Positions 7,711-15,825 of a DNA stretch of 20,215 nt are shown here, piece after piece (the stretch's first letter is position 1; every line of letters starts with the position of its first letter). The stretch lies in contig JAMOPY010000007.1 in NCBI GenBank assembly GCA_027064305.1, positions 1 to 20,215 of the forward strand, read 5' to 3'. Both the position numbers and the translations under genes were made by a program. The notes under the pieces are model-generated. The model worked only from the letters and a program-made list of their open reading frames with translations, was not told the DNA's origin and made no database searches. This DNA comes from Methanobacteriota archaeon. Lineage in GTDB: Archaea > JAADCQ01 > Methanopyri > Methanopyrales > Methanopyraceae.

Positions 7711-8584
7711 CCGCCGGCGCGACCAACGAGACCACCCACACCGAGCCCGCCGCGTCCATCACCTCCCTCCAACCGGGCAACCTCCCGCCCGGCCCCAGCT
7801 CGTACTCCCCACGCTTCTCCAACCGCACCCGAAGCGCGCACGCACCCACGTACATCGGCAACCACGAGCACGGGCTCTCCACCTCCCTCACCGCCCTCAC
7901 GAGCCCGGAGACCGACGCCCGACCCACCCACCACGGAAGCGCCGCCGTGAGCACCGCGGCGCAGCACGGCAGGGCCACCAGGTTCAGCGCATCGTCCGCC
8001 CGCGCCGGGACCTTACCGAACGCCTCCAGCCGGCCCCGCCGGTACCCGAACATCGCGTCCGCGACGTTCACGGCCCGGTACACCGGCACCGCCCACCACC
8101 CCACCAGACAGAACCACCACAGGGGCCCCACCAGCGAGTCCAGCACGTTCTCGAACCCGCTCTCCACCGCGGCCGACGCCACCAACCCCTCGTCCAACCC
8201 CTCCACCTCCCGACTCACCAGCCACCTCACCCGCTCCCGCGCCCCCTCCAGATCCCCACAACGCAACCGCTCGCCCACCCGCACCACGTGCTCCACGAGC
8301 CCCCGAACCGACAGGCACGTCCAGAGCACCAGCGCGTCCCCCACCACCGGAACCAGGTGCAACAGCCCGCAGAACCCGGTCAGCACGGCGATCCCCACCG
8401 CCGTCGTCACCCCACCACCCAGCACGAGCCCCACCCGGGACTCCACCCGCAGCAACCGGCGGGCGACGACCTCCATCACCCGACCGGTCCAGGCGACCGG
8501 ATGAAACCGGTTCGGCGGATCACCTAGCAGCAGGTCCAGGGCCAGCGCCAGGTACGCCGTCAGCAGCGGATCCACCTCGCCCAT
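7661..8584 (-). CDS. cbiB: Adenosylcobinamide-phosphate synthase CbiB/CobD
   Basis: LDLLLGDPP..FHPVAW.G, LVSRE, AAVESGFEN..D, YRAVNVADAMFGY, FGKVPARADD and LEKRGEYELG. Start MGEVDP at 8584. Confidence 0.93.
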   Translation of the reverse strand: MGEVDPLLTAYLALALDLLLGDPPNRFHPVAWTGRVMEVVARRLLRVESRVGLVLGGGVTTAVGIAVLTGFCGLLHLVPVVGDALVLWTCLSVRGLVEHVVRVGERLRCGDLEGARERVRWLVSREVEGLDEGLVASAAVESGFENVLDSLVGPLWWFCLVGWWAVPVYRAVNVADAMFGYRRGRLEAFGKVPARADDALNLVALPCCAAVLTAALPWWVGRASVSGLVRAVREVESPCSWLPMYVGACALRVRLEKRGEYELGPGGRLPGWREVMDAAGSVWVVSLVAPAVTHLFSTVISSVPRAL

Positions 8585-9620
8585 CCCGCAGACCCCGCAG
8601 CGCCCGCAGCACCGACGGGTCCGTGGGGATCTCGTCCAACCGGTACTCCCCACCCCCGCCCAACGCCAGCGCCGCCTCGGCCGGATTCAACACCACCCAC
8701 CGCCGAAACCGCGCCGACTCGTCCACCGGCACCCGGGGGCACCCGCAGTACACGCACTGCTCGCACCGCACCGCCCGCAGCACGTCCTCCGACAGGTACC
8801 TCACCTCCCACCGGGGCCCACCCAACGCCTCCAACACGTCCTCCCTCCGCTGGCCCAAGCACGTGCTTCCCACCACCTCCACCCCCTCGCCCGGATCGAA
8901 CTCCCTCACCTTGGAGAGGCGCACGGCGAGCACGCGCCGCACCTCCTCCTCCAACGACTCCGGGTCCACGACCCCCCGGACCGGATCGATCTGCACCACG
9001 GGACGCCCCGTCCGCAGCCGAGCCCCCAGCGGATGGAACCGACCGCTGCAGACGATCACCACGGGACGCCCGCCCAGACAGGAGAAGTTGCACCCCAACA
9101 CCAACCCCGGCACCGGCACCCGCTCCGAATCCCCCCGACCCACCCGCGCCCGGATCCCCTCCCGCTCGAGCACCTCCGCCACCCGACCCAGCTCGTGCAC
9201 GTGCTGCCCCGTGGCGCAGAGGTCGACCCGGTCCACCCCCAACGACCTCAACACCTCCGCCGCCTCCTCCACCATCCACTCCTCCACGCCCTTCCGACCC
9301 CGCGTGGGCAGGAAGAAGGTCCGAACGCCCAGCTCCCGCAGCCGCCTCTCCACCGACGGGATCGGGTAGTGCCCGATGTGCACCAGGCAGTCCACGCCCT
9401 CCACCAGGCCCAGGGTCACGTCGCAGGCCCCGAACACCCGACCCGCGTCCAGCACCACCTCGCAGCCCCGACCCTCGAGGACGTCGGCCACCTCCCTCGC
9501 GATCCCCTTCAACCCGTCCGGCGCCTGCACCAGGACGCGGCCCGACACGTCCAGACGCTCCGCGACCCTCGGCACGTCCTCCTCGTCATACGGGGCGTCA
9601 GCGGAGGTGCATCTCCTCAT
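8520..9620 (-). CDS. dph2: Diphthamide biosynthesis enzyme Dph2 (3-amino-3-carboxypropyl transferase)
   Basis: VLVQAPDGLK, FGACD, VHIGH, GLVLGCNFS, GRFH and CGCPRVPVD contain the three Fe-S-ligating Cys motifs of archaeal Dph2. Confidence 0.92.
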   Translation of the reverse strand: MRRCTSADAPYDEEDVPRVAERLDVSGRVLVQAPDGLKGIAREVADVLEGRGCEVVLDAGRVFGACDVTLGLVEGVDCLVHIGHYPIPSVERRLRELGVRTFFLPTRGRKGVEEWMVEEAAEVLRSLGVDRVDLCATGQHVHELGRVAEVLEREGIRARVGRGDSERVPVPGLVLGCNFSCLGGRPVVIVCSGRFHPLGARLRTGRPVVQIDPVRGVVDPESLEEEVRRVLAVRLSKVREFDPGEGVEVVGSTCLGQRREDVLEALGGPRWEVRYLSEDVLRAVRCEQCVYCGCPRVPVDESARFRRWVVLNPAEAALALGGGGEYRLDEIPTDPSVLRALRGLRDGRGGSAADGVPGAGPGPAAR

Positions 9621-9647
9621 CGGGAACCCACCAACCCCGGATCGGAG

Positions 9648-10031
9648 GTGGTCGTTATAGCTGACGAGACCTACGCCCTGGGCCTGGGAATGCGAAGACG
9701 GGTGGACCCGACCGAGCTACGGGCCGCGCTCGAGTGGGGACTCGACCGCTCCCAAGGTCGATTACGGGAGGTGATCACCCTCCACCGGAAGGCCGAGCAG
9801 CCCTCGGGCCGCGCGCTGATCCGGCTGGCCCGAGAGCTCGACCTCCGACCCGTCTTCGTGCGCGAGAGCGAGCTGCCCGGGGCCACCCCCAGCCGCTCCC
9901 GGGCCGAGAAGCTCCTGGGACTCCCCGGGTCCGCCTGCGAGGGGGTCCTCCTGGCCCGCGGGTACGAGATCGTGGAGGGGAAACGACGCTTCGGCCGCAC
10001 CGTCACCGCCGCCCTGGGACGACGGGGGTGA
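9648..10031 (+). CDS. Stand-alone CbiG C-terminal / CobE-like domain protein
   Basis: LGLGMRR, TLHRKAEQ, TPS..AEKLLGLPGSACEG.LLA and KRRFGRTVTAALG resemble CbiG_C (GxGCRR...K..E...SVAEAAAL...VTVA). The start is uncertain (GTG 9648 or ATA 9657). Confidence 0.72.
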   Translation: MVVIADETYALGLGMRRRVDPTELRAALEWGLDRSQGRLREVITLHRKAEQPSGRALIRLARELDLRPVFVRESELPGATPSRSRAEKLLGLPGSACEGVLLARGYEIVEGKRRFGRTVTAALGRRG

Positions 10032-10035
10032 GCCC

Positions 10036-10554
10036 TTGACCAGGGTGATCGCCCTCGTCGGCGGTCGCGGGGACGGGTTCACCCGACTGGCCCGCATCCT
10101 GACCCGAGCCCTGGAGCACCAGGGCCTGCGGGTGGAGACGCTCCTCATGCCTCAGTCGAACGGCGGCGTGGGCCGCAAGTGGGTGACGGCGTACCGGTGG
10201 GGCGACGCGGACGTGATCATCGCCACCACGGACCGATGCTCCCAGGCGGACGCCGCCCTCGTCGTGAGCCGCTTCGGGGCGGCCACCCACGCCCCCCGCG
10301 CCGTCTACGACGCCTCCCACCCCTCCTTCGCCGGCTTCGAGCCCCCGGACGGCTGGCTCGGCCTCGACTGCCGCCAAATCGCCCGGGAGCGCCGGGTCCC
10401 CGCCATGCACGGGCTCATCCTCCTGGGCGCCCTGTGCCGCCGGGAGCGCCTGTGCCCACCGGACGCCCTGAAGCGGGCCCTGATCGAGGAGGAGGGCCGG
10501 CTGGGAGCGCTCGCCTTCCGGGCCGTGCAGGCCGGCTGGGAGGCCGTCGACTAA
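10036..10554 (+). CDS. Divergent 2-oxoacid:ferredoxin oxidoreductase gamma-subunit-like protein
   Basis: IALVGGRGDG..LARIL..AL...G (GxGGQG-like), ADAALV, LDCRQIARE, ILLGAL and AF..V.AG. TTG after SD GGGGGTGA. Confidence 0.65.
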   Translation: MTRVIALVGGRGDGFTRLARILTRALEHQGLRVETLLMPQSNGGVGRKWVTAYRWGDADVIIATTDRCSQADAALVVSRFGAATHAPRAVYDASHPSFAGFEPPDGWLGLDCRQIARERRVPAMHGLILLGALCRRERLCPPDALKRALIEEEGRLGALAFRAVQAGWEAVD

Positions 10555-11495
10555 AGCCGCTCCCGCACCTCCTCCGCGATCGCCCGCGCCAGCGCGGGCG
10601 GGACGGACTCCCCCACCTGATCGTACTGCGCCTCGTACCCACCCTCGAACGCGTGATCGTCCGGGTAACTCATCAACCGGGCCTGCTCGCGCACCGTCAG
10701 CAGCCGATCCTCAAACGGGTGGATAAACCTCGAACCGCCCATCACGGTCGGCGCCGGCTTCCACGGGTGCAGCCGCAGCCAGTTCTTGAACTCCCCCTTC
10801 GCCCCCCTGATGACGTTCAGCGCCTGACCCCACCGCAGCCTCCGGATCCTACGCAGCTTCCGGCGCGAGAGCGGACGAAGCTCGTGGTTCGGGATGTCCG
10901 AACCGTCCGGCTCCGGCAGGTCACCGATCGCGTCCCAGACGGTCCGGGGCCGGTCCACCGTCGGCTCCGGCCGGATCCTCACGTTGGAGATGAACACGCG
11001 CCGCCGGTACGAGGGGACCCCGTAGTCGACGGCCTGCAGGACGTTGAAGTACACCCTATCGTACCCGACCCGCTCGAACTCCCTCCGCAGCGCCCGCTCC
11101 AGCGGCCCCTCCAGGATCGCCGGCACGTTCTCCATCACGAACACCTCCGGCTGCAGGTCCCCCACCAGCCGGATGAAGTGCAGGACCAGGCGGCCCGTGG
11201 GATCGTCGTAGAGCCGGTCCAACGGGTCGGGCCGGCGCTCCGCGTTGGCGGCCGTGAACGGCTCGCACGGCGGCCCACCGATCACCACGTCCGGATCGCC
11301 CAGCTCGCTCAGGATGTCCTCCGCGTCCACCCGCTTGATGTCCTCCTCCAGCACCCTCACCCCGAAGTTGTTCCGGTACGTGGCCGCGGGGGCCGGGTGG
11401 TTGTCCACGCCCCCCAGGATCTTGAAACCGGCCTCACGGAAGCCCAGCGAGAACCCCCCGGCCCCGCAGAACAGGTCCACCACCCTAGGCCTCAC
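10551..11495 (-). CDS. C5 cytosine methyltransferase (Dcm family), orphan
   Basis: Motif I DLFCGAGG, IV GGPPCEPF, VI MENV, VIII RRRVF, IX RLLTVREQARLMSYP and X VGESVPP. GTG 11495 follows SD GGGGGTGA (the track starts at 11531). Confidence 0.92.
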   Translation of the reverse strand: MRPRVVDLFCGAGGFSLGFREAGFKILGGVDNHPAPAATYRNNFGVRVLEEDIKRVDAEDILSELGDPDVVIGGPPCEPFTAANAERRPDPLDRLYDDPTGRLVLHFIRLVGDLQPEVFVMENVPAILEGPLERALRREFERVGYDRVYFNVLQAVDYGVPSYRRRVFISNVRIRPEPTVDRPRTVWDAIGDLPEPDGSDIPNHELRPLSRRKLRRIRRLRWGQALNVIRGAKGEFKNWLRLHPWKPAPTVMGGSRFIHPFEDRLLTVREQARLMSYPDDHAFEGGYEAQYDQVGESVPPALARAIAEEVRERL

Positions 11496-11552
11496 CGCGC
11501 TCACCCCCGACACCCGTTGAGCGTTCATCAACGCCGTCCCGGGCGCCCGCTA

Positions 11553-11561
11553 CTTTTAATC
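11553..11561. promoter_or_regulatory. Putative TATA box in the methyltransferase/modA divergent intergenic region
   Basis: CTTTTAATC is the only AT-rich patch in the spacer, about 60 nt from each start. Confidence 0.5.
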
Positions 11562-11579
11562 TGGCCGGCGTCGAACCGC

Positions 11580-11604
11580 ACGGCGGTACGAATCGTACAG
11601 CCGT
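11580..11604. promoter_or_regulatory. Inverted repeat (putative operator) upstream of modA
   Basis: ACGGCGGTACG-AAT-CGTACAGCCGT has 11-bp arms with one mismatch and lies between the TATA-like box and the modA SD. Confidence 0.45.
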
Positions 11605-11622
11605 AGGATTCGGGTGATCCCG

Positions 11623-12381
11623 TTGGACGCCCGCGCCGCCCTCGCCGTGGGCCTCGTGGCGGCCCTGCTCGCCGGCGCGGCGATCGGGCACCACCACACC
11701 TCGTCCCGGCAGCTGACCGTCTTCGCGGCCGCGAGCCTGAAGAAGCCGCTGACCAGGCTGGCCGAGCAGTACGAGCGGGAGAAGGGGGTCAAGATCGCGC
11801 TCAACTTCGGCCCGTCCGGCGGCCTCACGGCGCAGATACTGCAGGGTCAGAGGTGCGACCTGTTCTTCTCCGCGGACTGGAAGTACATCGTCGAGCTGCG
11901 GAAGGCCGGCAAGACCGCGAAAACGAGGAAGTTCCTGAGGGACCACCTCGTGCTGGTCGCGTCCAAGACGGGCCGGCGGAAGGGGGTCAAAGACGTCAAG
12001 GATCTCACCAGGCCGGGCGTGACGGTCGCCGTCGCCGACCCGAAGGCGCCGGTCGGCGAGTACACCCAGCGCGCGCTGCGGCGGCTCGGGATCTGGGACA
12101 CGATCGTCAAGAACGGGAACCTGAAGGCCCGGCCGGGCACCGTCAACCAGGTGGCCACGATGGTGAAGAAGGACCAGGTGGACGCCGGGTTCGTCTACCG
12201 GAGCGTGGCCGTCGAGTTCAGGCTGCCGATCGTGCAGACGCTCCCCCACTCGCTGACGGGCCCGATCGTCTGGGGAGCGGCGGTGATCAAGGGCGGCAAC
12301 GAGCGGCTGGCCGAGGACTTCCTGAACTACTGCCTGCGGCACGTCGACGAGTTCAGAAAGTACGGGTGGGAGCCGGCTTGA
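11623..12381 (+). CDS. modA: Molybdate/tungstate ABC transporter substrate-binding protein
   Basis: N-terminal hydrophobic anchor, LTVFAAASL, FGPSGGL..QI..G..CDLFFSA, ADPKAPVGEY and DAGFVY. TTG 11623 follows SD GGGTGATCC (alternative GTG 11614). Confidence 0.92.
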   Translation: MDARAALAVGLVAALLAGAAIGHHHTSSRQLTVFAAASLKKPLTRLAEQYEREKGVKIALNFGPSGGLTAQILQGQRCDLFFSADWKYIVELRKAGKTAKTRKFLRDHLVLVASKTGRRKGVKDVKDLTRPGVTVAVADPKAPVGEYTQRALRRLGIWDTIVKNGNLKARPGTVNQVATMVKKDQVDAGFVYRSVAVEFRLPIVQTLPHSLTGPIVWGAAVIKGGNERLAEDFLNYCLRHVDEFRKYGWEPA

Positions 12382-13169
12382 TCGGCAGGTACGAGCTCCT
12401 CAGCGCCCTGTTCCCGCCCCTGTTCTTCCTGTTCATCGCGTTCCCACTGGTGGCCCTGGTGCTGAACCTGACCCCCCGGGGGCTCGCGCAGGCGTTCGGT
12501 GACCCGTACTTCTGGTCCGCCACGTTCAACACCATCCTGTGCGCCGCCGCGGCCGCGGTGATGGGCGTGGCGACCGCGGTGGGCTTCGGCTACTACCATC
12601 TGTTCAAGCGGGACTCGGTGATCTACCGGATCGCCGACTTCCTCAACGACCTACCCGTCGCGCTGCCGCACACCGTCGCGGGACTCGCGCTGCTACTCGC
12701 GTTCGGCCGACGGTATTTCTGGTGGCTGGGCGAGAACGGACTCGCGTTCACGCTCGTCGCCGTCACGCTCGCGATGTTCTTCGTGTCGTACCCGCTGGCC
12801 GCCCGAGCGGTGCAGGCGGGCCTCGAGGAGGTGGGAAGGGACCTCGTGGAAGTCGCCAGGACCCTAGGGGACACCCCGGCGCAGGCCTACGCCAGGGTCG
12901 TCGTCCCGGCGCTCCGGGAGGCCCTGCTGGGCGGGTTCCTCCTCGCGTTCTCGCGGTCGCTCAGCGAGTTCGCCGCCGTGATCATGTTCGGCGGAAACCT
13001 GCCCGGGAAGACCCAGGTGCTGGCCTCCTACGTGTTCACCCGGGTCGAGGCGGGCGACCTGGAGGCGGCCGTCGCGGCCAGCGTCTTCTGCATGGCACTC
13101 TCGTTGGCCGTGGTGGCCCTGGTACGCTCGCTGACCGGGGCCGGGGGACTTCAACGTGCTCAAGGTTGA
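12378..13169 (+). CDS. modB: Molybdate/tungstate ABC transporter permease
   Basis: DLPVALPHTVAGLALLLAFG, EVARTLG (EAA loop) and FSRSLSEFAAVIMFGGNLPGKT. TTGA overlap with the modA stop. Confidence 0.92.
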   Translation: MIGRYELLSALFPPLFFLFIAFPLVALVLNLTPRGLAQAFGDPYFWSATFNTILCAAAAAVMGVATAVGFGYYHLFKRDSVIYRIADFLNDLPVALPHTVAGLALLLAFGRRYFWWLGENGLAFTLVAVTLAMFFVSYPLAARAVQAGLEEVGRDLVEVARTLGDTPAQAYARVVVPALREALLGGFLLAFSRSLSEFAAVIMFGGNLPGKTQVLASYVFTRVEAGDLEAAVAASVFCMALSLAVVALVRSLTGAGGLQRAQG

Positions 13170-13845
13170 GAACGTGCACTTCTCCTACGGCGATAGGACC
13201 GTCCTGCGCGGCGTGAGCCTGGACGTCGAGCCGGGAGAGGTGCGCGTGATCCTCGGCCCCAACGGCAGCGGCAAGTCCACGCTGCTGAGGATCGTGGCCG
13301 GGATACTGAGGCCCGACAGGGGCCGGGTCGTCATCGACGGGGAGGACGTCACCGACCGACCGCCCGAGGACCGTCGGGTCGGCTACGTCCCGCAGCACCC
13401 GACCCTGTTCCCGCACCTCACGGTGAAGGACAACATCACCTACTCCCTGAGGAACGGCCGAGGTGACCCGGATCAACTGGACGAGCTCGTCGAGATGCTG
13501 GAACTCGGGGAGCACCTTGACCGGCGCCCGGACGAGCTCAGCGGTGGCTACCAGAGCCGCGTGGCGCTGGCCCGGGCCCTCTTCTCCGACCCCCGGGTAC
13601 TGCTCCTGGACGAGCCGCTCAGCGACGTCGACCTCGCCGCGAAGCGGGACCTGGTGAAGCGGTTCCGGCGGGCCCTTCGGCGGTCGGACGCCCCCGCCCT
13701 TTACGTGACGCACGACCCCTGGGAGGCGGAGCGCGTCGGCGACTCTTATACGGTGTTGCTGGACGGCAGGTCGGTCGACGCCGACACCGTCGACGAGGCG
13801 CTCGAACGACTCCGACGGGGTGCTCCCGTTGGCGAGGGGTCGTAA
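13156..13845 (+). CDS. modC: Molybdate/tungstate ABC transporter ATP-binding protein
   Basis: GPNGSGKST, YVPQ, LSGG, LLLDEP and YVTHD. 229 aa, with no C-terminal TOBE domain. Confidence 0.9.
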   Translation: MLKVENVHFSYGDRTVLRGVSLDVEPGEVRVILGPNGSGKSTLLRIVAGILRPDRGRVVIDGEDVTDRPPEDRRVGYVPQHPTLFPHLTVKDNITYSLRNGRGDPDQLDELVEMLELGEHLDRRPDELSGGYQSRVALARALFSDPRVLLLDEPLSDVDLAAKRDLVKRFRRALRRSDAPALYVTHDPWEAERVGDSYTVLLDGRSVDADTVDEALERLRRGAPVGEGS

Positions 13846-15088
13846 GTACCGCGGGTTCGTCTACACCGACGACCTCACCCGCCCGAGGAGGTTCCTCGAG
13901 TTCCTCCGCGAGCGCGTCGAGCCGCCGGAGGTCGAGGAGCTGGAGGTGGGGCCCGAGGTCGCCGGGCGCGTCCTGGCGGACGACGTTCGGGCCGAGCGAC
14001 CCTCCCCACCGTTCACCCGCTCCGCCATGGACGGGTACGCCGTCCGGGCCGAGGACGCGGAGCCCGGGGCCAGGCTGAGGGTGGTGGGCGAGTCCCGGAT
14101 CGGCGAGGAGGGCGAGGTCAAGGTCGGCCCGGGTGAGGCGGCGTACGTGGACACCGGCGCCCGCGTTCCCGAGGGCGCCGACGCGGTCGTGCCGGTGGAG
14201 TTCGTGGAGCGGGACGGGGACGAGATCGTCATCAAGGAGGGCGTGGAACCGGGCGACAACCTGGACCGGAGGGGCTGCTACGTCGAGGAGGGCGAGGTCC
14301 TGTACCCGGCCGGCCACGTGGTGGAGCCCGTGGACGTGGGCGTCATGCTGGAGCACGGGGTCGAGGAGGTCCGCGTGCGCCGACCCCTGCGCGTCTCGGT
14401 GATCGTCACCGGGAGCGAGCTCGTGGAGCGGCCCTCGGACCTCGAGTCCGAGGCGCAGGTGGTCGAGTCGATCGGGCCCGTGCTCGAGGCGGAGCTCGCG
14501 CGGCTCGGCTTCGTCGAGCTCCGGGACCGGAGGCTCGTGGAGGACGACCCGGTGGAGATCGAGCGCGCGATCGTCGACGCCGCGGACGGCTCCGACGTCC
14601 TGATCGTCACCGGCGGGTCCTCCGTCGGCGAGCGGGACTACGTCAAGGAGATCCTCGAGGACGCGTTCGAGGACTTCATCCACGGGATCCGGGCCCGGCC
14701 CGGGCGCCCGTTCGGCGTGGCGCTCCGCGAGGACGCCGTGGCGTTCACCCTCCCCGGCTGGCCCACGTCGGCCTACACGACCTTCCGCGTGTGGGTGACC
14801 CCGTGCCTGCTCGCCCTGGCGGGCGCGGACCCCGAGGTCGTCGGCCTCGAGCTCCCGTGCGAGGGGGTCAAGGGCAAGAAAGCCCTGGGCGTGATCGCCC
14901 GGGTCGAGCTGGAGGACGGTCGGGCGCGCGGGCTTCCGAGGGACCGCTCCAGCCATTACGCCCTCTTCCGCGAGGCCGACGCCCTGGCCGTGCTTCCACC
15001 GGGCGGGAAGGAGCGCGCGCTGGTGCTGCCGCTGAGGCGCTGCGTGAACCCGTTCGAGTGGGTGGAGCGGCGCCGGGGCGACCGGTAG
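13829..15088 (+). CDS. moeA: Molybdopterin molybdo/tungstotransferase MoeA
   Basis: GRVLADDV, PPFTRSAMDGYAV, TGARVPEGADAVV..E, TGSEL, TGGSSVGERDY, PGRP and LPGWP. TTG 13829 (alternative GTG 13820). Confidence 0.93.
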   Translation: MARGRKYRGFVYTDDLTRPRRFLEFLRERVEPPEVEELEVGPEVAGRVLADDVRAERPSPPFTRSAMDGYAVRAEDAEPGARLRVVGESRIGEEGEVKVGPGEAAYVDTGARVPEGADAVVPVEFVERDGDEIVIKEGVEPGDNLDRRGCYVEEGEVLYPAGHVVEPVDVGVMLEHGVEEVRVRRPLRVSVIVTGSELVERPSDLESEAQVVESIGPVLEAELARLGFVELRDRRLVEDDPVEIERAIVDAADGSDVLIVTGGSSVGERDYVKEILEDAFEDFIHGIRARPGRPFGVALREDAVAFTLPGWPTSAYTTFRVWVTPCLLALAGADPEVVGLELPCEGVKGKKALGVIARVELEDGRARGLPRDRSSHYALFREADALAVLPPGGKERALVLPLRRCVNPFEWVERRRGDR

Positions 15089-15126
15089 TGTCCACCTCGT
15101 ATCAACGGCACCACGACCCCCTTCGC

Positions 15127-15134
15127 CTTTTATC
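15127..15134 (+). promoter_or_regulatory. Putative TATA box for the fwd operon
   Basis: CTTTTATC lies about 36 nt upstream of the fwdG TTG, in an 81-bp intergenic gap. Confidence 0.45.
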
Positions 15135-15169
15135 GGGCGCTACGTCGGGCACCGCGGGGAGCGGACGGG

Positions 15170-15409
15170 TTGGTCAGGATCAAGGTGTACGAGGACCGCT
15201 GCCACGGCTGCGGTAACTGCGTCGTCGCCTGTCCCGTTAACGCGAGAAACTCGCCCAACGCGTGGGGCGGCAAGGGTCCGGAGGAGGACGACGAGGTCGT
15301 GCTTAAGGTCGTGAACGGTGTGGTCCGGGTCGTCGAGGAGGACCTGTGCGAGGCCTGCCTCACCTGCGAGCTCGCCTGCCCCGTCGACGCCATCGAGGTC
15401 CAGCCCTAG
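15170..15409 (+). CDS. fwdG: Formylmethanofuran dehydrogenase subunit G (2x[4Fe-4S] ferredoxin)
   Basis: CHGCGNCVVACPVN...GGKG and CEACLTCELACP. First gene of the fwd cluster. Confidence 0.92.
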   Translation: MVRIKVYEDRCHGCGNCVVACPVNARNSPNAWGGKGPEEDDEVVLKVVNGVVRVVEEDLCEACLTCELACPVDAIEVQP

Positions 15410-15423
15410 CGGGGTGGGCCCGC

Positions 15424-15825
15424 TTGGCCGAGTTCCTCCTTCTCACGGGCCGCACCATCTGGCAGGGCGAGGCGATTGAGACCGCGAAGGATGAGGACAT
15501 CTACCCGAAGGCCGTGGCCGTCTGCTACTTCCACCCGGCCGACATGGAGGAGCTCGGCATCGAGGAGGGGGACCCCGTCCGGGTCAAGTCCGAGCACGGG
15601 GAGATCGTGGTCGAGGCGCGCGCGGCCGACGTCGACGTGCCCGCCCGCGGCCAGGTGTTCATCCCCATGGGGCCCTGGGCCAACCGCGTCGTCGACCCCG
15701 ACACCGCCAGCACCGGCATGCCCGGCTTCAAGGGCGTCAAGGTCGAGATCGAGCCCACGGACGAGGAGCCTATCAAGGACATGTCCGAGCTGATGCGCAG
15801 GACGTACCTCCGCGCGGAGGACTAA
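15424..15825 (+). CDS. fwdD: Formylmethanofuran dehydrogenase subunit D
   Basis: LLTGRTIWQG, VFIPMGPWAN and TGMPGFKG. TTG 15424 follows SD GGGGTG. Confidence 0.93.
   Translation: MAEFLLLTGRTIWQGEAIETAKDEDIYPKAVAVCYFHPADMEELGIEEGDPVRVKSEHGEIVVEARAADVDVPARGQVFIPMGPWANRVVDPDTASTGMPGFKGVKVEIEPTDEEPIKDMSELMRRTYLRAED

Noticed and set aside
7703-9369. Long Thr/Ser/Pro/His-rich plus-strand ORFs resembling mucin-like proteins
   Set aside because: They are antisense readings of the G-rich codons of cbiB and dph2.
9598-9612. Alternative dph2 start at ATG 9612 behind GAGGAG
   Set aside because: It is out of frame and encodes only M-H-L-R-stop. There is no evidence for a functional uORF.
10036-11495. 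Restriction-modification system around the methyltransferase
   Set aside because: The neighbours are a POR-gamma-like gene and modA. The only nuclease-like domain (7066) is about 3 kb away and appears to lack catalytic residues.
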